NCBI RefSeq assembly: GCF_001194135.2
Contig: NC_068987.1
Span: forward strand, 66,792,383 to 66,849,974
Length of the DNA stretch: 57,592 bases
Reading direction: 5' to 3'
Source of the DNA: Octopus bimaculoides
Taxonomy: Eukaryota
Numbering within the stretch: position 1 is the first letter of the stretch; each line of letters starts with the position of its first letter. The position numbers were made by a program, and so were the translations under genes. Below the pieces are notes generated by a model, which worked only from the letters and a program-made list of their open reading frames with translations, was not told the origin of the DNA and searched no databases. This document shows, in pieces, positions 36,965 to 52,050 of the stretch.

Positions 36965-38250
36965 AATTAACTTTGGTCAGTTGTATGTTTTCCATTTTGT
37001 CTGTTGACCTTTTGCCTTCTTTCTGGCAACTTCATGATTCCGCACTTATATAACTTCTGGTCCTTATCAGCCAAAATCTCAAGCAAGTGCGATTCTAAGT
37101 CATCATCATTATTGAAAATTTTACCCTTCAAAGAATTTTGCAAACTTCGAAATAAATGGTAATCTGATGATGCAGAGCTATATGGTGGATGTGACATCAC
37201 TTCCCAACCAAGCTCCAATAATCTTTTAAGAGTTAGCCAAGACGTGTGTGGTCTAGCGTTGCCATGGTGGAACAGAAATCCTTTACGATTTTCCAATTCT
37301 GGCCGTTTTTCTTTGATTGCTTCCTCCAGTTTCATTCCATGGGTAGTAGTTGTTGAATCGGATATATGCGACAAAGCAATTCTTGAAGAAATATCACAAA
37401 CAGGAACAGGCATGGTTGTGTATTTAAGAAGCTCAAATTGTAGCTACATTGTCTCAAGCTCCCACCACTTTACGACCGTTTTACCAGTAAGGTTTTGTTT
37501 ACTTTCCCACAAACCTTGCGTTTCGACAAAAGACACCAATAGAACATATACCCCTCTAAGAAAAAGAATTACTGTTGATTTCTCCTCCTAAAACCCGTTG
37601 ACAGTAAACATATGAACTGATCGTTTGGTTCCTTGGAAGCAGCTCAAAAAACACAACACCTTTGTAATACCACCAAATTGACAGCAAAATGATATTTTTG
37701 ATGCAATTCAGCTTTCGGTGTGGTTTGTGCTGGTTCATTACGCTTGGACCATAATCTTTTTCAATTGATGTTATGGTAGACAATCCATTTTTCATCACCA
37801 GTGATGAGTCGTTCCAAAAACAGGTCGATTTCATTGCGTTTTAGATCCATATCGCACATATTGATTCGTTGTGTTACGGGAATCACTTTCAAGTTATGTG
37901 GAACCCAAATATTGAGCTTCCTAACGAGTCCAAGATATTTTAAGTGATTTTCAACTGTTGTGCATGATACATTTAACCTCTCTGCAATCTCTCGCACAGT
38001 TATATGACAATCAGGTTCAATTATGGCTTTGATTCGGTCTTCATCAACTTCAGTAGGTCAACCAGAACGTTAATCATCTTTGAGTAAAAAATCTCCAGAA
38101 CGGAATTCTTTAAACCATTCCTGACATGTGCGCTCTGTTAAGTAATCAACACCATGAATTTCACATATCTCTTTGTGGGCCTCAGCTGCCTTCTTGCTTT
38201 TATTGAAATAAAAATGCAAAATATGGCGAAAATGTTAATTTTTGACTACA
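36965..38250 (-). mobile_element. Near-full-length mariner (DD34D) transposase pseudogene
   Basis: HFRHILHFYFNKSKKAAEAHKEIC; WVPHNL; ITGDEKWIVYHN; LSIWWYYKGVVFFELLPRNQTI; HGNARPH; SSDYHLFRSLQNSL. Frameshifted; TIRs not resolved. Confidence 0.9.
37328..37595 (+). mobile_element. SINE-like insertion inside the mariner, homologous to 31764-31960
   Basis: Separates mariner ..YVYCQ from MKLEEAIKEKRPEL. Shares gacaaagcaattcttgaagaaatatcacaaacaggaacaggcatg with 31803-31847. Confidence 0.75.
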
Positions 38251-38444
38251 TATTAAAATTGACACTGAACTAACAGCCGTAAACAAAATTGCGCATAATT
38301 TGCTTCTAGAGTAAACTAAAAAATAACGGTTATCAAATGTCAAAAGGAAAAAGAAATCATGACATTAACAAAAGTCATTCAAAAAACTCGTAACTTTATC
38401 TATTTGGGAAAAGTGAAATTACTTTATGGTCAATCCGATATATT

Positions 38445-38600
38445 TATTTTCTCTCTCTGCTTACTACTGTGTTCCTTTCTGTTGAAGAGCGTAGGCTCGA
38501 AACGTAAAAGACTTTCTCACTTCCCGAGCGATACACTAATACATCTGTTTGTTGATTACACACCCGCCTTCGTCTTTTTTTTTTTTTTGTAAATTCCAAA
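38445..38600 (+). mobile_element. Short dispersed element carrying a minimal hammerhead-like motif (copy 2)
   Basis: Homologous to 17962-18125 in the opposite orientation. Followed by (TA)n/(GATA)n. Confidence 0.7.
38475..38510 (+). ncRNA. Candidate minimal hammerhead ribozyme with an A6U core variant
   Basis: Stem I cttt/aaag; core CTGTTGA + A; stem II gagc-gtag-gctc; GAAA; palindromic stem III AC|GT; GTA cleavage triplet (38504-38506). Confidence 0.5.
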
Positions 38601-41006
38601 TATATATATAGAGAGATAGATAGATAGATAGATAGATAGATATGCATATATATGTATATATATATGCATATATATATGCATATATATATATACATATATA
38701 CATATATGTGTGTGTGTGTATGTGTGTGTGTACATACATATGTATGTGTGTGTATGTGTGTGTGTATGTGTACAAAAATGCATATCGTAGTAGTGTACAG
38801 ATTTGATTGTATTTACTTCTGCATACTTGCAGATACATATAGCTGTCTATACGAGTGTATGTGTATATAAAACAAACTAAATTTATAATGTTTTACATAT
38901 AACTGCACAGCTAATAATGGCTTTTAATTGAAATTTCTTAATTAGCTATTTGATTTCTAGTTTTATGAAACCCAGTTTCTCATGTTTGGTGCTGAGATAG
39001 TTAGTTATATAACCAAATACTCCAATAATCACAGGTTTTAATATATATTTACCGTGCAGATAGCCTATCAACAGACTTCTCATTAGTTCGGCATAGACGT
39101 CTTATGTTTATTCTTATATTTAATATACTCCGTCTTTTCGCTGTCTCAGATCGATTGGTTGTATGTAATATTCCTTATATAATTATTTGGATATTACCTT
39201 TAAGGGAGGAGCTAGTATATATTTATGTATCTGTTTGCACACTTACGTATGTATGCAAGCATGGAATTCATTCCATATGTGATACAGTATGTTTAGGTTA
39301 ATGGATATATGCACACACATATACTTGTATGTTTACATAGATATATACATTTATTTTATACTAAGCTTTTACAATATATTATATATTGAGAGTTCAATTT
39401 ATGGTTTTTAACTGTAATATCTTAATTCGCTGTATCCTTTCTGGGTTTAAAAAAACCAACTTCACAAGTCTGATGCCGATACAGTCACTTTCATAACCAA
39501 GTAACCCCAATCATTACAGGTAATAATGTATAGCGACAGTTCGGGTTAGATTTGTTCAGATGTTTTCTTCTCTACTTGTTAACACTTTTAACTTGTTAAT
39601 TTCTGCTGGACTACTTGATTTCTATTACTGCGCAAATTGTATGCGGTATGTATTTATGTACGTACATACGCTAGCATTCGTGTACGTATGAAAATGTATA
39701 TGTGTGGTTATGCACACTTGTATGAATATGTGTCTGTATTCAATAAATTTGGAAGTATGAATCTAAAACATCGACATTAAAGATGACAGATGCTTTGGAC
39801 ACCTTGCTTTTCCAATATCAAATCGCATGGCATAATTCTTGCGAAGAATTGATTTTTCCACTGTTTCTATGTGTAAGTTATGTCGATGAAAAGGCAGAGG
39901 AATCAAAATCCGATAGAATATGGCAAGTTACAGCACTCAATTTATGTCCTTTGGCGTCTAAATCTGGCACTTAGATTGTATTTGCATTTAGAAAAATCTG
40001 TCCATCTTTGTCTTCGTAATACGTGGAAGACAGGAATTTGAATATTTTTTCAGCTGAGTCGATCAGTTTGATTATGTGAGTAGGTGTATATCTCTATGCG
40101 TCAGTTTCTGACAGCTCGTATGTCTGTTTTTGTGTGTGGGAGAATGTGTTTTTCTTCGATTTTATTGTTGTGCTTATGTTCCTATGTGTATATATATTTT
40201 CAGATTGCGAGCGCATTGCACATGGTTTGTATATGTGAGTATATGCATGTATGTTCGTTTGTTTCTACGCGTGTATCTTGTATATTGATGCTTTTTTGGC
40301 ATGCCTTCATGTGTTGATAAGTGCGCGTGTGCGCTTGAAAAAGAAATATATATATATATATATATTCAGTATGAGAACATGGGCAATGGGTAAAATATTA
40401 TTATAAAATCTGGTAATTAGTCATATATTAATTAATATCGATTAATTATCAGTAGGCCAGCACATCTAAAGAATCAAAGAGATTCAGAAATATTATCTGC
40501 AATCTCAGGGGATTAAGGTACATTTTAAAAAATAACAATATNNNNNNNNNNNNNNNNNNNNNNNNNNNNNNNNNNNNNNNNNNNNNNNNNNNNNNNNNNN
40601 NNNNNNNNNNNNNNNNNNNNNNNNNNNNNNNNNNNNNNNNNNNNNNNNNNNNNNNNNNNNNNNNNNNNNNNNNNNNNNNNNNNNNNNNNNNNNNNNNNNN
40701 NNNNNNNNNNNNNNNNNNNNNNNNNNNNNNNNNNNNNNNNNNNNNNNNNNNNNATATATATATAAGGATTTACGATAAACAAGTTTATATAAATTATTCT
40801 TCGTACATTTCACCATCGTGATCGTTTGAACACTGCAATGGATCTTCCAGTTGCAATTGAATATATAACCACATTGTACATAGAAACAATTAATATCTTC
40901 CTTTGTTTATCGTAATTTTACTCTTTATGTTTTTCATAACTAGTAACACTAATAAGTATAGTACTGGATTAACCACCATACTGGAATCTGTTTGGCAGTT
41001 GATGAT

Positions 41007-41101
41007 CTGAACATAATAGTACAGTTCTGAACATAATAGTACAGTTCTGAACATAATAGTACAGTTCTGAACATAATAGTACAGTTCTGAACATAATAGT
41101 A
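41007..41101. repeat. Perfect 20-bp tandem repeat CTGAACATAATAGTACAGTT x ~4.75
   Basis: Units start at 41007, 41027, 41047, 41067 and 41087. No spacers. Confidence 0.95.
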
Positions 41102-41536
41102 TCATCCGTACATCTATTTGTACACACAAGATACTCTGTATATGTGTGTGAGAGAGGGGGGAGAGTGTGTGTATGTACAGAGAAAGATGGAAAACGTGAG
41201 AGAGATAGAAAACAGATAGACAGACACATTAGTGTGAACTGCCGTTAAGCAGTAAAATATAATCAATGTGGTTAAAATGGTATATCTTCCAGGATGAGTC
41301 TGTTTTAATGTCTTTTCGGAATTTCTCATTTTTGTTAAATATATTCCAAATCTGTCCTACAGTCTAATATAGTATATGAATCCTAACCCATTAGTAAGTA
41401 TTAATTGAGCACTTTGCAATAATTTTACATCGATAAATATCCGATAAATATATATAAAAATTCTTAAATTAAATAATATAGTTTTATCTTAAATTACACG
41501 ATGTAATTTTTATCGTAAATTTCAACGTAACAGTCA

Positions 41537-41594
<58 letters not shown>

Positions 41595-41615
41595 GTTGTT
41601 GTTGTTGTTGTTGTT

Positions 41616-43140
41616 CAGTAGTTTTATTTTTATAACGTGCTTTCCCTTCACTACCGAGCGCAGCTCTGTGTGCCTTGGGTATGTGCTGTGGTTTGCTGTG
41701 ATGCTCTTATGGTTACTGTATTGAAAGTATTTTGCGTAGAATGTGTGCAGTGCCCAGTGGTGCAATTTTCTGTATGTTATATATATTTGTAAGTCCTGGT
41801 GTTTTTGTTATGTATCTGTCTGAATATTTTTTTATTATACCTAAGGCACCTACTNNNNNNNNNNNNNNNNNNNNNNNNNNNNNNNNNNNNNNNNNNNNNN
41901 NNNNNNNNNNNNNNNNNNNNNNNNNNNNNNNNNNNNNNNNNNNNNNNNNNNNNNNNNNNNNNNNNNNNNNNNNNNNNNNNNNNNNNNNNNNNNNNNNNNN
42001 NNNNNNNNNNNNNNNNNNNNNNNNNNNNNNNNNNNNNNNNNNNNNNNNNNNNNNNNNNNNNNNNNNNNNNNNNNNNNNNNNNNNNNNNNNNNNNNNNNNN
42101 NNNNNNNNNNNNNNNNNNNNNNNNNNNNNNNNNNNNNNNNNNNNNNNNNNNNNNNNNNNNNNNNNNNNNNNNNNNNNNNNNNNNNNNNNNNNNNNNNNNN
42201 NNNNNNNNNNNNNNNNNNNNNNNNNNNNNNNNNNNNNNNNNNNNNNNNNNNNNNNNNNNNNNNNNNNNNNNNNNNNNNNNNNNNNNNNNNNNNNNNNNNN
42301 NNNNNNNNNNNNNNNNNNNNNNNNNNNNNNNNNNNNNNNNNNNNNNNNNNNNNNNNNNNNNNNNNNNNNNNNNNNNNNNNNNNNNNNNNNNNNNNNNNNN
42401 NNNNCTTCTTCTTCTTCTTCTTCTTCTTCTTCTTCTTCTTCTTCTTCTTCTTCTTCTTCTTCGTATTTGTTAGGTAGTATGATTTCTTGTTTGTATTTGT
42501 CAGCTTCCTTAAATACTGAAAACAGTTTTTTTTGTTTTGCTCGTGTTTTGTGGCTATTTGTATTAGTTATCCTTGCTTCTGGAGTGGGTATTTTTACAGT
42601 CCTATGGTGGTTATTTTATAATAGTTTTCCAGCTGTATAAGACCCCTGCCACCTTCTGTGCGTTGTATGTATAGCTTTTCTATGTCAGATGTTGGGTGGT
42701 GCAGCCTATATCCTGTCATTATTTTATTTGTTTTCCTGTCTATTTTAGATAGTTCGTTTAGTGTCCAGTTAAGGATATTGTAGCTGTAACTTATAACTGG
42801 GACAGCTAAAGTGTTAATGCCTATTATCTTGTTTTTAGCATTGAGCTCTGTTTTTAGTATTGATCTAACTCATCTATAGTACTCTTTCTTTAATTTTTTC
42901 TTTCATTTGTGTGTGTTGTATCCTATCTAGTTCATTGACTCCTAAATATTTGTATGGCTGGCTTTCGTCTAGTTCTCTTATTTCATTGGCTTTATCTAGT
43001 GTGATGTTGCTACTTTTAACTAATTTTCCTTTTTTCAGAGTTGCTTTGGCAAATTTTTCTAATCCGAATTTCATATCTATTTCCTTGGTAGAGCCATGTA
43101 CTGTCTGTAGTAGTGTTTCCAGCTCTTTGTCATTTCTAGT
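41616..43140 (-). mobile_element. 5'-truncated R4/Dong-like non-LTR retrotransposon (RT + RLE C-terminus), spanning a gap
   Basis: MKFGLEKFAKATLKKGKL; YKYLGV; INTLAVPVISYSY; HHPTSDIEKLYIQRTEGGRGLIQLE; terminal VGALGIIKK..IQKIAPLGTAHILRKILSIQ*; (AAC)n(AAT)n tail. Confidence 0.8.
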
Positions 43141-43322
43141 TATTATTATTATTTATCATTTATTTATTTATTTATCTATTTATTTGTTATATCTTTCTCT
43201 GTTTTCTTCCTCTGTTTAGACGAACGTTCCTACCTTTTCGGACAAAACTTTTTGTAACCTTCGTCCTGTCTTTGTCCTTACATGTTTTTAATTGATATTA
43301 GCCCTTGTGGCCAATAAAACGA

Positions 43323-43382
<60 letters not shown>

Positions 43383-44166
43383 CCTTATCATTTACACCTT
43401 AATTTTAGTATTTTTTATAAATATATAATGCTATAATTACAATATGCCATTTTAAAAAAAAAACATCCTTAAAACTTCCAATCTATTACTAACCATACAC
43501 ATAGTCGAATATGCCTCTGCATATCAGCATCTGCCTGTGTCTGTGCTTAGCACAGAGTACACGTGTGCGCGTGTGTGTGTGCATGTGCGCATATATGCAT
43601 GCATCTCTGTATATACGGGCGCACTAAAAACGCTATATTGTTCATAGGTATATAGTAATAACCATTGTGTGAGAGAAAATTCGTTTTGCTAAATTTTTTA
43701 AAACAGTATTTCAGCGTTCATAGTTTAAAATTGCCTGGATACTTGTCGATACATGCATACATACATACATACATACATAAATACATACATACATACAACT
43801 TACAGAAGGTCATTGATTCAATCGATTGCACATCTTCCCTCTCGAATAAAATGACTTTGTGACTCATAAAAAGCAAATAAGTATATTTATAGGATTGGGA
43901 TCACTAAGTACAGAGAAACTGTGGATGACCGTACTGAAAGCATTACAGTATTTATTTCATTTTCTAGCCTTTAAGATGAAATTTTATAAGCAGTTGCAGG
44001 TATAAGCATTTGGTTAAGAAGTTCGCTTTGCAATCAAGTTTCGGGAGCGGTTCCAATGCACGGAACTTGGAAAGATACTTTTAACCGTAACCACGCGTTG
44101 TCGAGCATTTGCGATTGGCTGAAATTTGCTTAAACAGAATTTTTGCGTAAGGCACACATCAACATA

Positions 44167-45780
<1,614 letters not shown>

Positions 45781-48700
45781 ATGTGTGTGTGTGCCTTTAG
45801 GGGCGAGATGTAGAAGAGCAGAAAGAAATGAAATATTTGTAGAGCGTCGTGGGTGGAGTCGAAGGGATGGTAGAGTCAGTTTTCCTGGTTTGATAATTTA
45901 TAGCAAGAAAATCTTTATCAACTCAAACACTTCAAAAACAGGTGAAAACTTCTTAATAGAAAACGAACATCAACACTAATTTCGACCTCGCTTTGAGGTA
46001 CGCTCTGTTACAAATCGAATCGGCATTATCTGCAAACATCTTATATGATACTAAAATAGCACAACACCATTACGTATCCTATATATGCCAATAACATTGA
46101 TTAATCACAAGAAAACCATTGAGCAACACAAATTCTGACGACATGAAGCAACGTGTAAATTTACATATCATATAATCCGACATAACCCACACAATTCGTT
46201 TATCAAACACGAAAACTGTCCCTTCCTCTCCAGTCTCACCCTCCTCCTCCTCTCTATTTATCCTTCGTACATAGACACTCCTGTCTACAAATTCATTGAT
46301 ACCCTACCTAACATCAACACCGAAGAAACACCATGTCATAAACACTAGATGTGAAGCTCGGACACTAAACTAAACCACAGTCTAATTAGTTAGAAAGCTG
46401 AAAACTCGAAGTCACTACCAAACTTTTCTTCGTGAAAATTAATTATGATTGTATGTATATATTTGTTTGTGTTTGTGTATGTAAGCATGTATATATGTAG
46501 ATATGTATCTATGTTTGTATGCATGTATGTATGTATAATGCCCGTTTATCTTTATGATAGTGTCCTTCATAATACGGCACACATGCTTCTAGTGTTTTAG
46601 CCGATCGTATTTGCTCTAGTACTTATTTCAATCTGTTATATATCATTTTATCCAGGCCCTAATTTACAAGACATAAACGGGGATAACATAAAAGAGAAAC
46701 ACCAGTTTTTAGAAAGTACCAGTTTTCGAAACAAGCATCAGCTCAGATGCCTACATTTTTACACATCTTTTCTCTACTCTCTCTCTCTCTCGTCCTCCCC
46801 TCTCTCGTCCTCCCCTCTCTCCCCTTCTTAACTCGAGTCACTATAGGAGATATGTGACCCAGCTTTTGTGCTTGAAGATAAAGTCGGGAAAGACTTGGTT
46901 AAGAAGTAAACTTTCTAATTATAAATTTACTCCTTATGCGTCTATCCGTGGCAGGGTCTGTATTTCGTTTGCTGATATAAAAGAGATGTTGTGTCAACAT
47001 TTGATAAATACAGAAAGAATACTAAACTGAACCATTTACTGGAGTTGAAATGACCAAATAAAATTCCTGGAAAGCGATACCGTATCATTGCCACAGTCAC
47101 ATCACTCAATCTCAGGAAAAAATGGATAAACACATAGCTAAGTTGGTTATGTCCTTCATCTCTTCAAGGTTGACAAAATAGAAATATTAATTATATACAA
47201 GGAGACGATTCCATCAAATTTTGACCTGTATTATCATCCATAAGAAACATTTTATTTGGTGGATTAAGACAAATGCCGCTAGTTAATCTTGCAGATAAAT
47301 TTAGCAGATAGAACTAAATATCTATTAGTGGAAGTAATACTTCTCTGTCAATTGTCCTAATTGATTATTCATTATAACTGTTTGGAAATAATTACCACAT
47401 TGTTCCACCATTCAATTAATTCTATTAATTAATTTCTGAAACTTTCCGTTACATACACGTGCACACATATGCACGAACATGGTTGTGTGAACGTGCATGT
47501 AAGTGTATATATATATATATNNNNNNNNNNNNNNNNNNNNNNNNNNNNNNNNNNNNNNNNNNNNNNNNNNNNNNNNNNNNNNNNNNNNNNNNNNNNNNNN
47601 NNNNNNNNNNNNNNNNCACTTGAATATTTAGAGTATAGCATTGTGTATGTATATATTGTGTGTGTATGTGTGTGTGTGTGCGTGTGTGTGTGTGCGTGTT
47701 TGTGCATACAGACACATACATATATAAATATATATATAGCAACATGCATATTGATATTTATAGATGTTTATATAAAGATAGGAGTATGTGTTTATGTGTG
47801 TGTGTGGTGGTGAGTGTGTGGTGTGTGCATACTTATTAAAGGTACCTTCCGTCGCAGAATCCAAACTATTTCAATGTGGAGATATATGAATATGTGTATT
47901 ACATATACGTGTGCGTGTGTGAGTACATGCGTGCGAGCACACATACGTGTATGTATGCATGTATGTATATATGTATGCATGTATGTATGTATGTATGTGT
48001 GAATGTGTCATGTATGTATGTACGTGTGTTTGTATTTATGTATTGGAGAGAGTGCATATCTTAATTAAGTCTGTTTATAACTATCCATATTATTAATATA
48101 GAAAACCTGTATAAGATTCAAAACAAGAATAAGATATAAAAAGCTACCATTACTAAAATGTATTTAGCATGTTGTCTTCTACAAGGTCTCTTTTAAAAAT
48201 GGAAGAAGAATATCTCTTGTAGGGAAATTTTCTCGACGTGGAAATGTTAGATTAAGAAACAGCTAGCAAAATCCCTATCTATAGCTTAAATATATCCTGT
48301 AAATTTTGGCAAGGATATAATTACATTCATAGACGTCTTAATATAGAGTATCAATTTGGCTCTGAGCGATGACTAATGTACAAACCCTACCTTAATTTTA
48401 TTTCATAGCAAGTATTTATCAATGATAGAATATTTATAAATAATAAATTATATCATAAAGGACCCAGTCGCATGAAAAAAAAAAATCCGCCTTCTTGATT
48501 ATAGTTATTACATGTATTTCACAAGATACAACCGCAAAATAGCTTATATTGTTGGAACTTGCGCATATCGCAAATAAACTGGTATTATAGCTATTGCTTT
48601 AGTAGCTATAATATGCAATTGTTATGCACATACAAGGACAGAATGAGATAGGAATTGTAACTGTTTTTGATGATAATTAAGGTGATCCAAAATAGGCTTT

Positions 48701-49002
48701 CTGAAAAAGTTGGACAATAACAATTCCTGAAAAATTCAAGATATATATAAATTCAATTCAAGTTATATATATATATATATATATNNNNNNNNNNNNNNNN
48801 NNNNNNNNNNNNNNNNNNNNNNNNNNNNNNNNNNNNNNNNNNNNNNNNNNNNNNNNNNNNNNNNNNNNNNNNNNNNNNNNNNNNNNNNNNNNNNNNNNNN
48901 NNNNNNNNNNNNNNNNNNNNNNNNNNNNNNNNNNNNNNNNNNNNNNNNNNNNNNNNNNNNNNNNNNNNNNNNNNNNNNNNNNNNNNNNNNNNNNNNNNNN
49001 NN

Positions 49003-49053
<51 letters not shown>

Positions 49054-49389
49054 GTGTGTACTGGATGTTTGGGCTAAATTTGACATTTTGCACTATATCC
49101 CATTGAAAATAAAACTACTTTTGAAAGAAAATGAAAATCTATCAAATAGATTTACTCAGAGTAGCTACCCCCATTCTCCACAACTGCCTCAAGTCTCTAG
49201 CGCATGCGTTACTTACTGTATGATTTAGACTACTCGCTCAGCCTTTTGTGCTGCATGCAGAGAGGTTAGTGTCTTTCCCAACTGTGCACTACAGATGATA
49301 ATCCATGGATTACAATCGGATTAATTAGGAGGCAAACATCTGGGGCTAGTGAAATTGTAGAAATTCTGATAACTATTTCTGATTCTTTC

Positions 49390-49545
49390 CTGAAGTATGA
49401 CTCGGTCCGACTCATTCTACTACACATATGGCCTTCCAGCAGCAACTGTCTTCAGTCAAGATTTGACCACAGTCTCCAGCAGTTTTATATATTCAGCTGA
49501 ATTGAACCTAAGCCCCTGTTTAAAGATGGGTGACGAATCCTGGCG
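49390..49545 (-). mobile_element. Tc1/maT-like transposase catalytic-domain fragment
   Basis: IFKQGLRFNSAEYIKLLETVVKS*LKTVAAGRPYV, similar to the FFPQGLRVNSATYIDVL region at 56657-56720. Confidence 0.6.
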
Positions 49546-49859
49546 AGCAGATGCAGTCAGAACGTGTATTGTGGTCCATCCTACTGACCACGGTGACGTA
49601 GTCTCCGTTGCAGTTTTCCATGTCACGTCTTAAAGCTTTTGCCGTGTTCACATTGCATTGAGTGGGTGTCATAATGTCGGCCCATTGACATCTAGCGTGA
49701 ATCATCATGATACTGGTACCTCTTTTTGAAATACTGAGATTACTTCCATTCCTCCATGTCAGCTAACTATTCATCAACAATCCTTATGCTCTCTAACGTC
49801 CAACGCCGTTTACAATTTACCAATATTGAAAAAGGGAGATATAGAAAAATTGTCAAATT

Positions 49860-50290
49860 TAATCTGCACACCCTATAAATATACATATATGTGGAGGGGT
49901 ATGTGTCTGTATTATGTGTGTGTGGGTGCGGAACATGCCCTAATCATTTGGAAGGATCAGAATTCCATTTTAAACAAGGGCAAAAACTCAACTTCACCTG
50001 CGCTTCTGCGAACCTCATTTATGTCATAAGATGCTCGGGCACTCCTAAAAATTATATAGGTTCAACAGGGATGTCACTTAGACGTAGATTTACAGTTCAC
50101 AGACAACAGATGTCTTCCCCACAATATCGCCAGATACATCTCAGCGAACACTTTGACAGATTTGCAGAACAACTGCTACCATAATTCCTAATCTTCCCAT
50201 TATATGAATGTGTCATTTGGACCTCAACTCAAGTGCGACTAAATAAAGAGGCTCCATTTATCGAAAAATATAAGCCAGAACTGAATATAA
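49860..50290 (+). mobile_element. Penelope-like GIY-YIG endonuclease 3' fragment (similar subtype to 975-2305)
   Basis: CGCGTCPNHL..FKQGQKLNFTCASANLIYVIRCSG..YIGSTGMSLRRRFTVHRQQ..HLSEHFD..KEAPFIEKYKPELN. Confidence 0.85.
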
Positions 50291-51167
50291 GCTCATATTG
50301 AAAATTACAGATTTATCTCCCTTTTACTGATAAATACTCTGTTACTAATTATCCACACCACCCCCTAACAAACAAAACGAATTTGCATCTAACATCCAAA
50401 ATTTGAAAAGCTTCAGCGAAAATGTTCATTTTATTAAAGGAAAAAAATCTGATCTTGTATGATATTGTATAATATTTTTGTCATGAAGATTTAAATGTAT
50501 CTTTTAATCTCGTATAACAAATCTTGTATTTTTTATCTTATTTCTTTCCTTGTATATTCAACTACGTGTAATCACCAACCGCACTTTCTCACTTATATGT
50601 ATATATGTATATATATATATGTATATATATANNNNNNNNNNNNNNNNNNNNNNNNNNNNNNNNNNNNNNNNNNNNNNNNNNNNNNNNNNNNNNNNNNNNN
50701 NNNNNNNNNNNNNNNNNNNNNNNNNNNNNNNNNNNNNNNNNNNNNNNNNNNNNNNNNNNNNNNNNNNNNNNNNNNNNNNNNNNNNNNNNNNNNNNNNNNN
50801 NNNNNNNNNNNNNNNNNNNNNNNNNNNNNNNNNNNNNNNNNNNNNNNNNNNNNNNNNNNNNNNNNNNNNNNNNNNNNNNNNNNNNNNNNNNNNNNNNNNN
50901 NNNNNNNNNNNNNNNNNNNNNNNNNNNNNNNNNNNNNNNNNNNNNNNNNNNNNNNNNNNNNNNNNNNNNNNNNNNNNNNNNNNNNNNNNNNNNNNNNNNN
51001 NNNNNNNNNNNNNNNNNNNNNNNNNNNNNNNNNNNNNNNNNNNNNNNNNNNNNNNNNNNNNNNNNNNNNNNNNNNNNNNNNNNNNNNNNNNNNNNNNNNN
51101 NNNNNNNNNNNNNNNNNNNNNNNNNNNNNNNNNNNNNNNNNNNNNNNNNNNNNNNNNNNNNNNNNNN

Positions 51168-51241
<74 letters not shown>

Positions 51242-51584
51242 TGCCACCAGCTTATTGGATGTTGTTATACACCTCTGATCATAATTGTCCTTTGCCACTT
51301 CGTTGTAGCTTAAGAATGATGCTATCCTGCTGGATACGCGGGAAGGCCAACATAGACATTGACCTTGGACAGGGTCACACATTTAGAACTGAGTAGACTG
51401 GAGAGATGTGAACTGAAGTGTCCTGCTTAAGAGCAAAGCGCGCCGCCAGTCTAGGGAATGAAACCATACAACATCTTAACCACTTTGCCATACACCTTCA
51501 TAAATATGTATGTGCGCGTATACATGTCTCTTACAACACTTCGCAAATATCTCCTTTGCGTAAAACCACCAATAGAAGAGAATA

Positions 51585-51925
51585 TGACTAAAAACTGCGT
51601 GTACTCCAAGCCATGCAGCTGTGGTAGGTTATACAACAGTGAAACATGCCGACCCCTGAAAATAAGGGTAGACGAACTTCGCAAAGCTGTGACACGAGAT
51701 ACAGATAAATCGGGTATAGCTGATCATGTATGGAAAAATGGAGACCACCTCTTCCTGTGGGATGAAGTTAAAATAATAGACAGAGAACATCACTGGAAAA
51801 TACGAAAACTAAAAGAAGCAGCACATATGCTGGGACACAACAACCTCCTAAGCAGACTGAGTGCATATATGAATAGGATATGGGAAACGGCATTAAGGAA
51901 GGATAGGAAAATATTAGATTTATAA
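51585..51925 (+). mobile_element. Penelope-like GIY-YIG 3' fragment, third subtype
   Basis: KNCVYSKPCSCGRLYNSETCRPLKIRVDELRK..KSGIADHVW..WDEVKIIDREHHWKIRKLKEAAH. Confidence 0.85.
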
Positions 51926-51952
51926 GCCCTAAAATTCACTCCATAATTGCTC

Positions 51953-52050
51953 TCGGGCATATGGTGTATTGGTTAAGAGCACGGTCTACTAACCCCAAGA
52001 TTCCGAGTACCATTCCTATCTGTGACCTGAATAATAATAATAACAATATT
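51953..52050 (+). mobile_element. Short tRNA-derived SINE or pseudo-tRNA with an (AAT)n tail
   Basis: A-box-like tggtgtattggttaagagc, anticodon-like loop ctactaa, degenerate B-box. No intact cloverleaf. Confidence 0.55.

Noticed and set aside
41007-41101. CRISPR-like array
   Set aside because: Contiguous identical 20-mers with no spacers, no cas genes, and a eukaryotic context.
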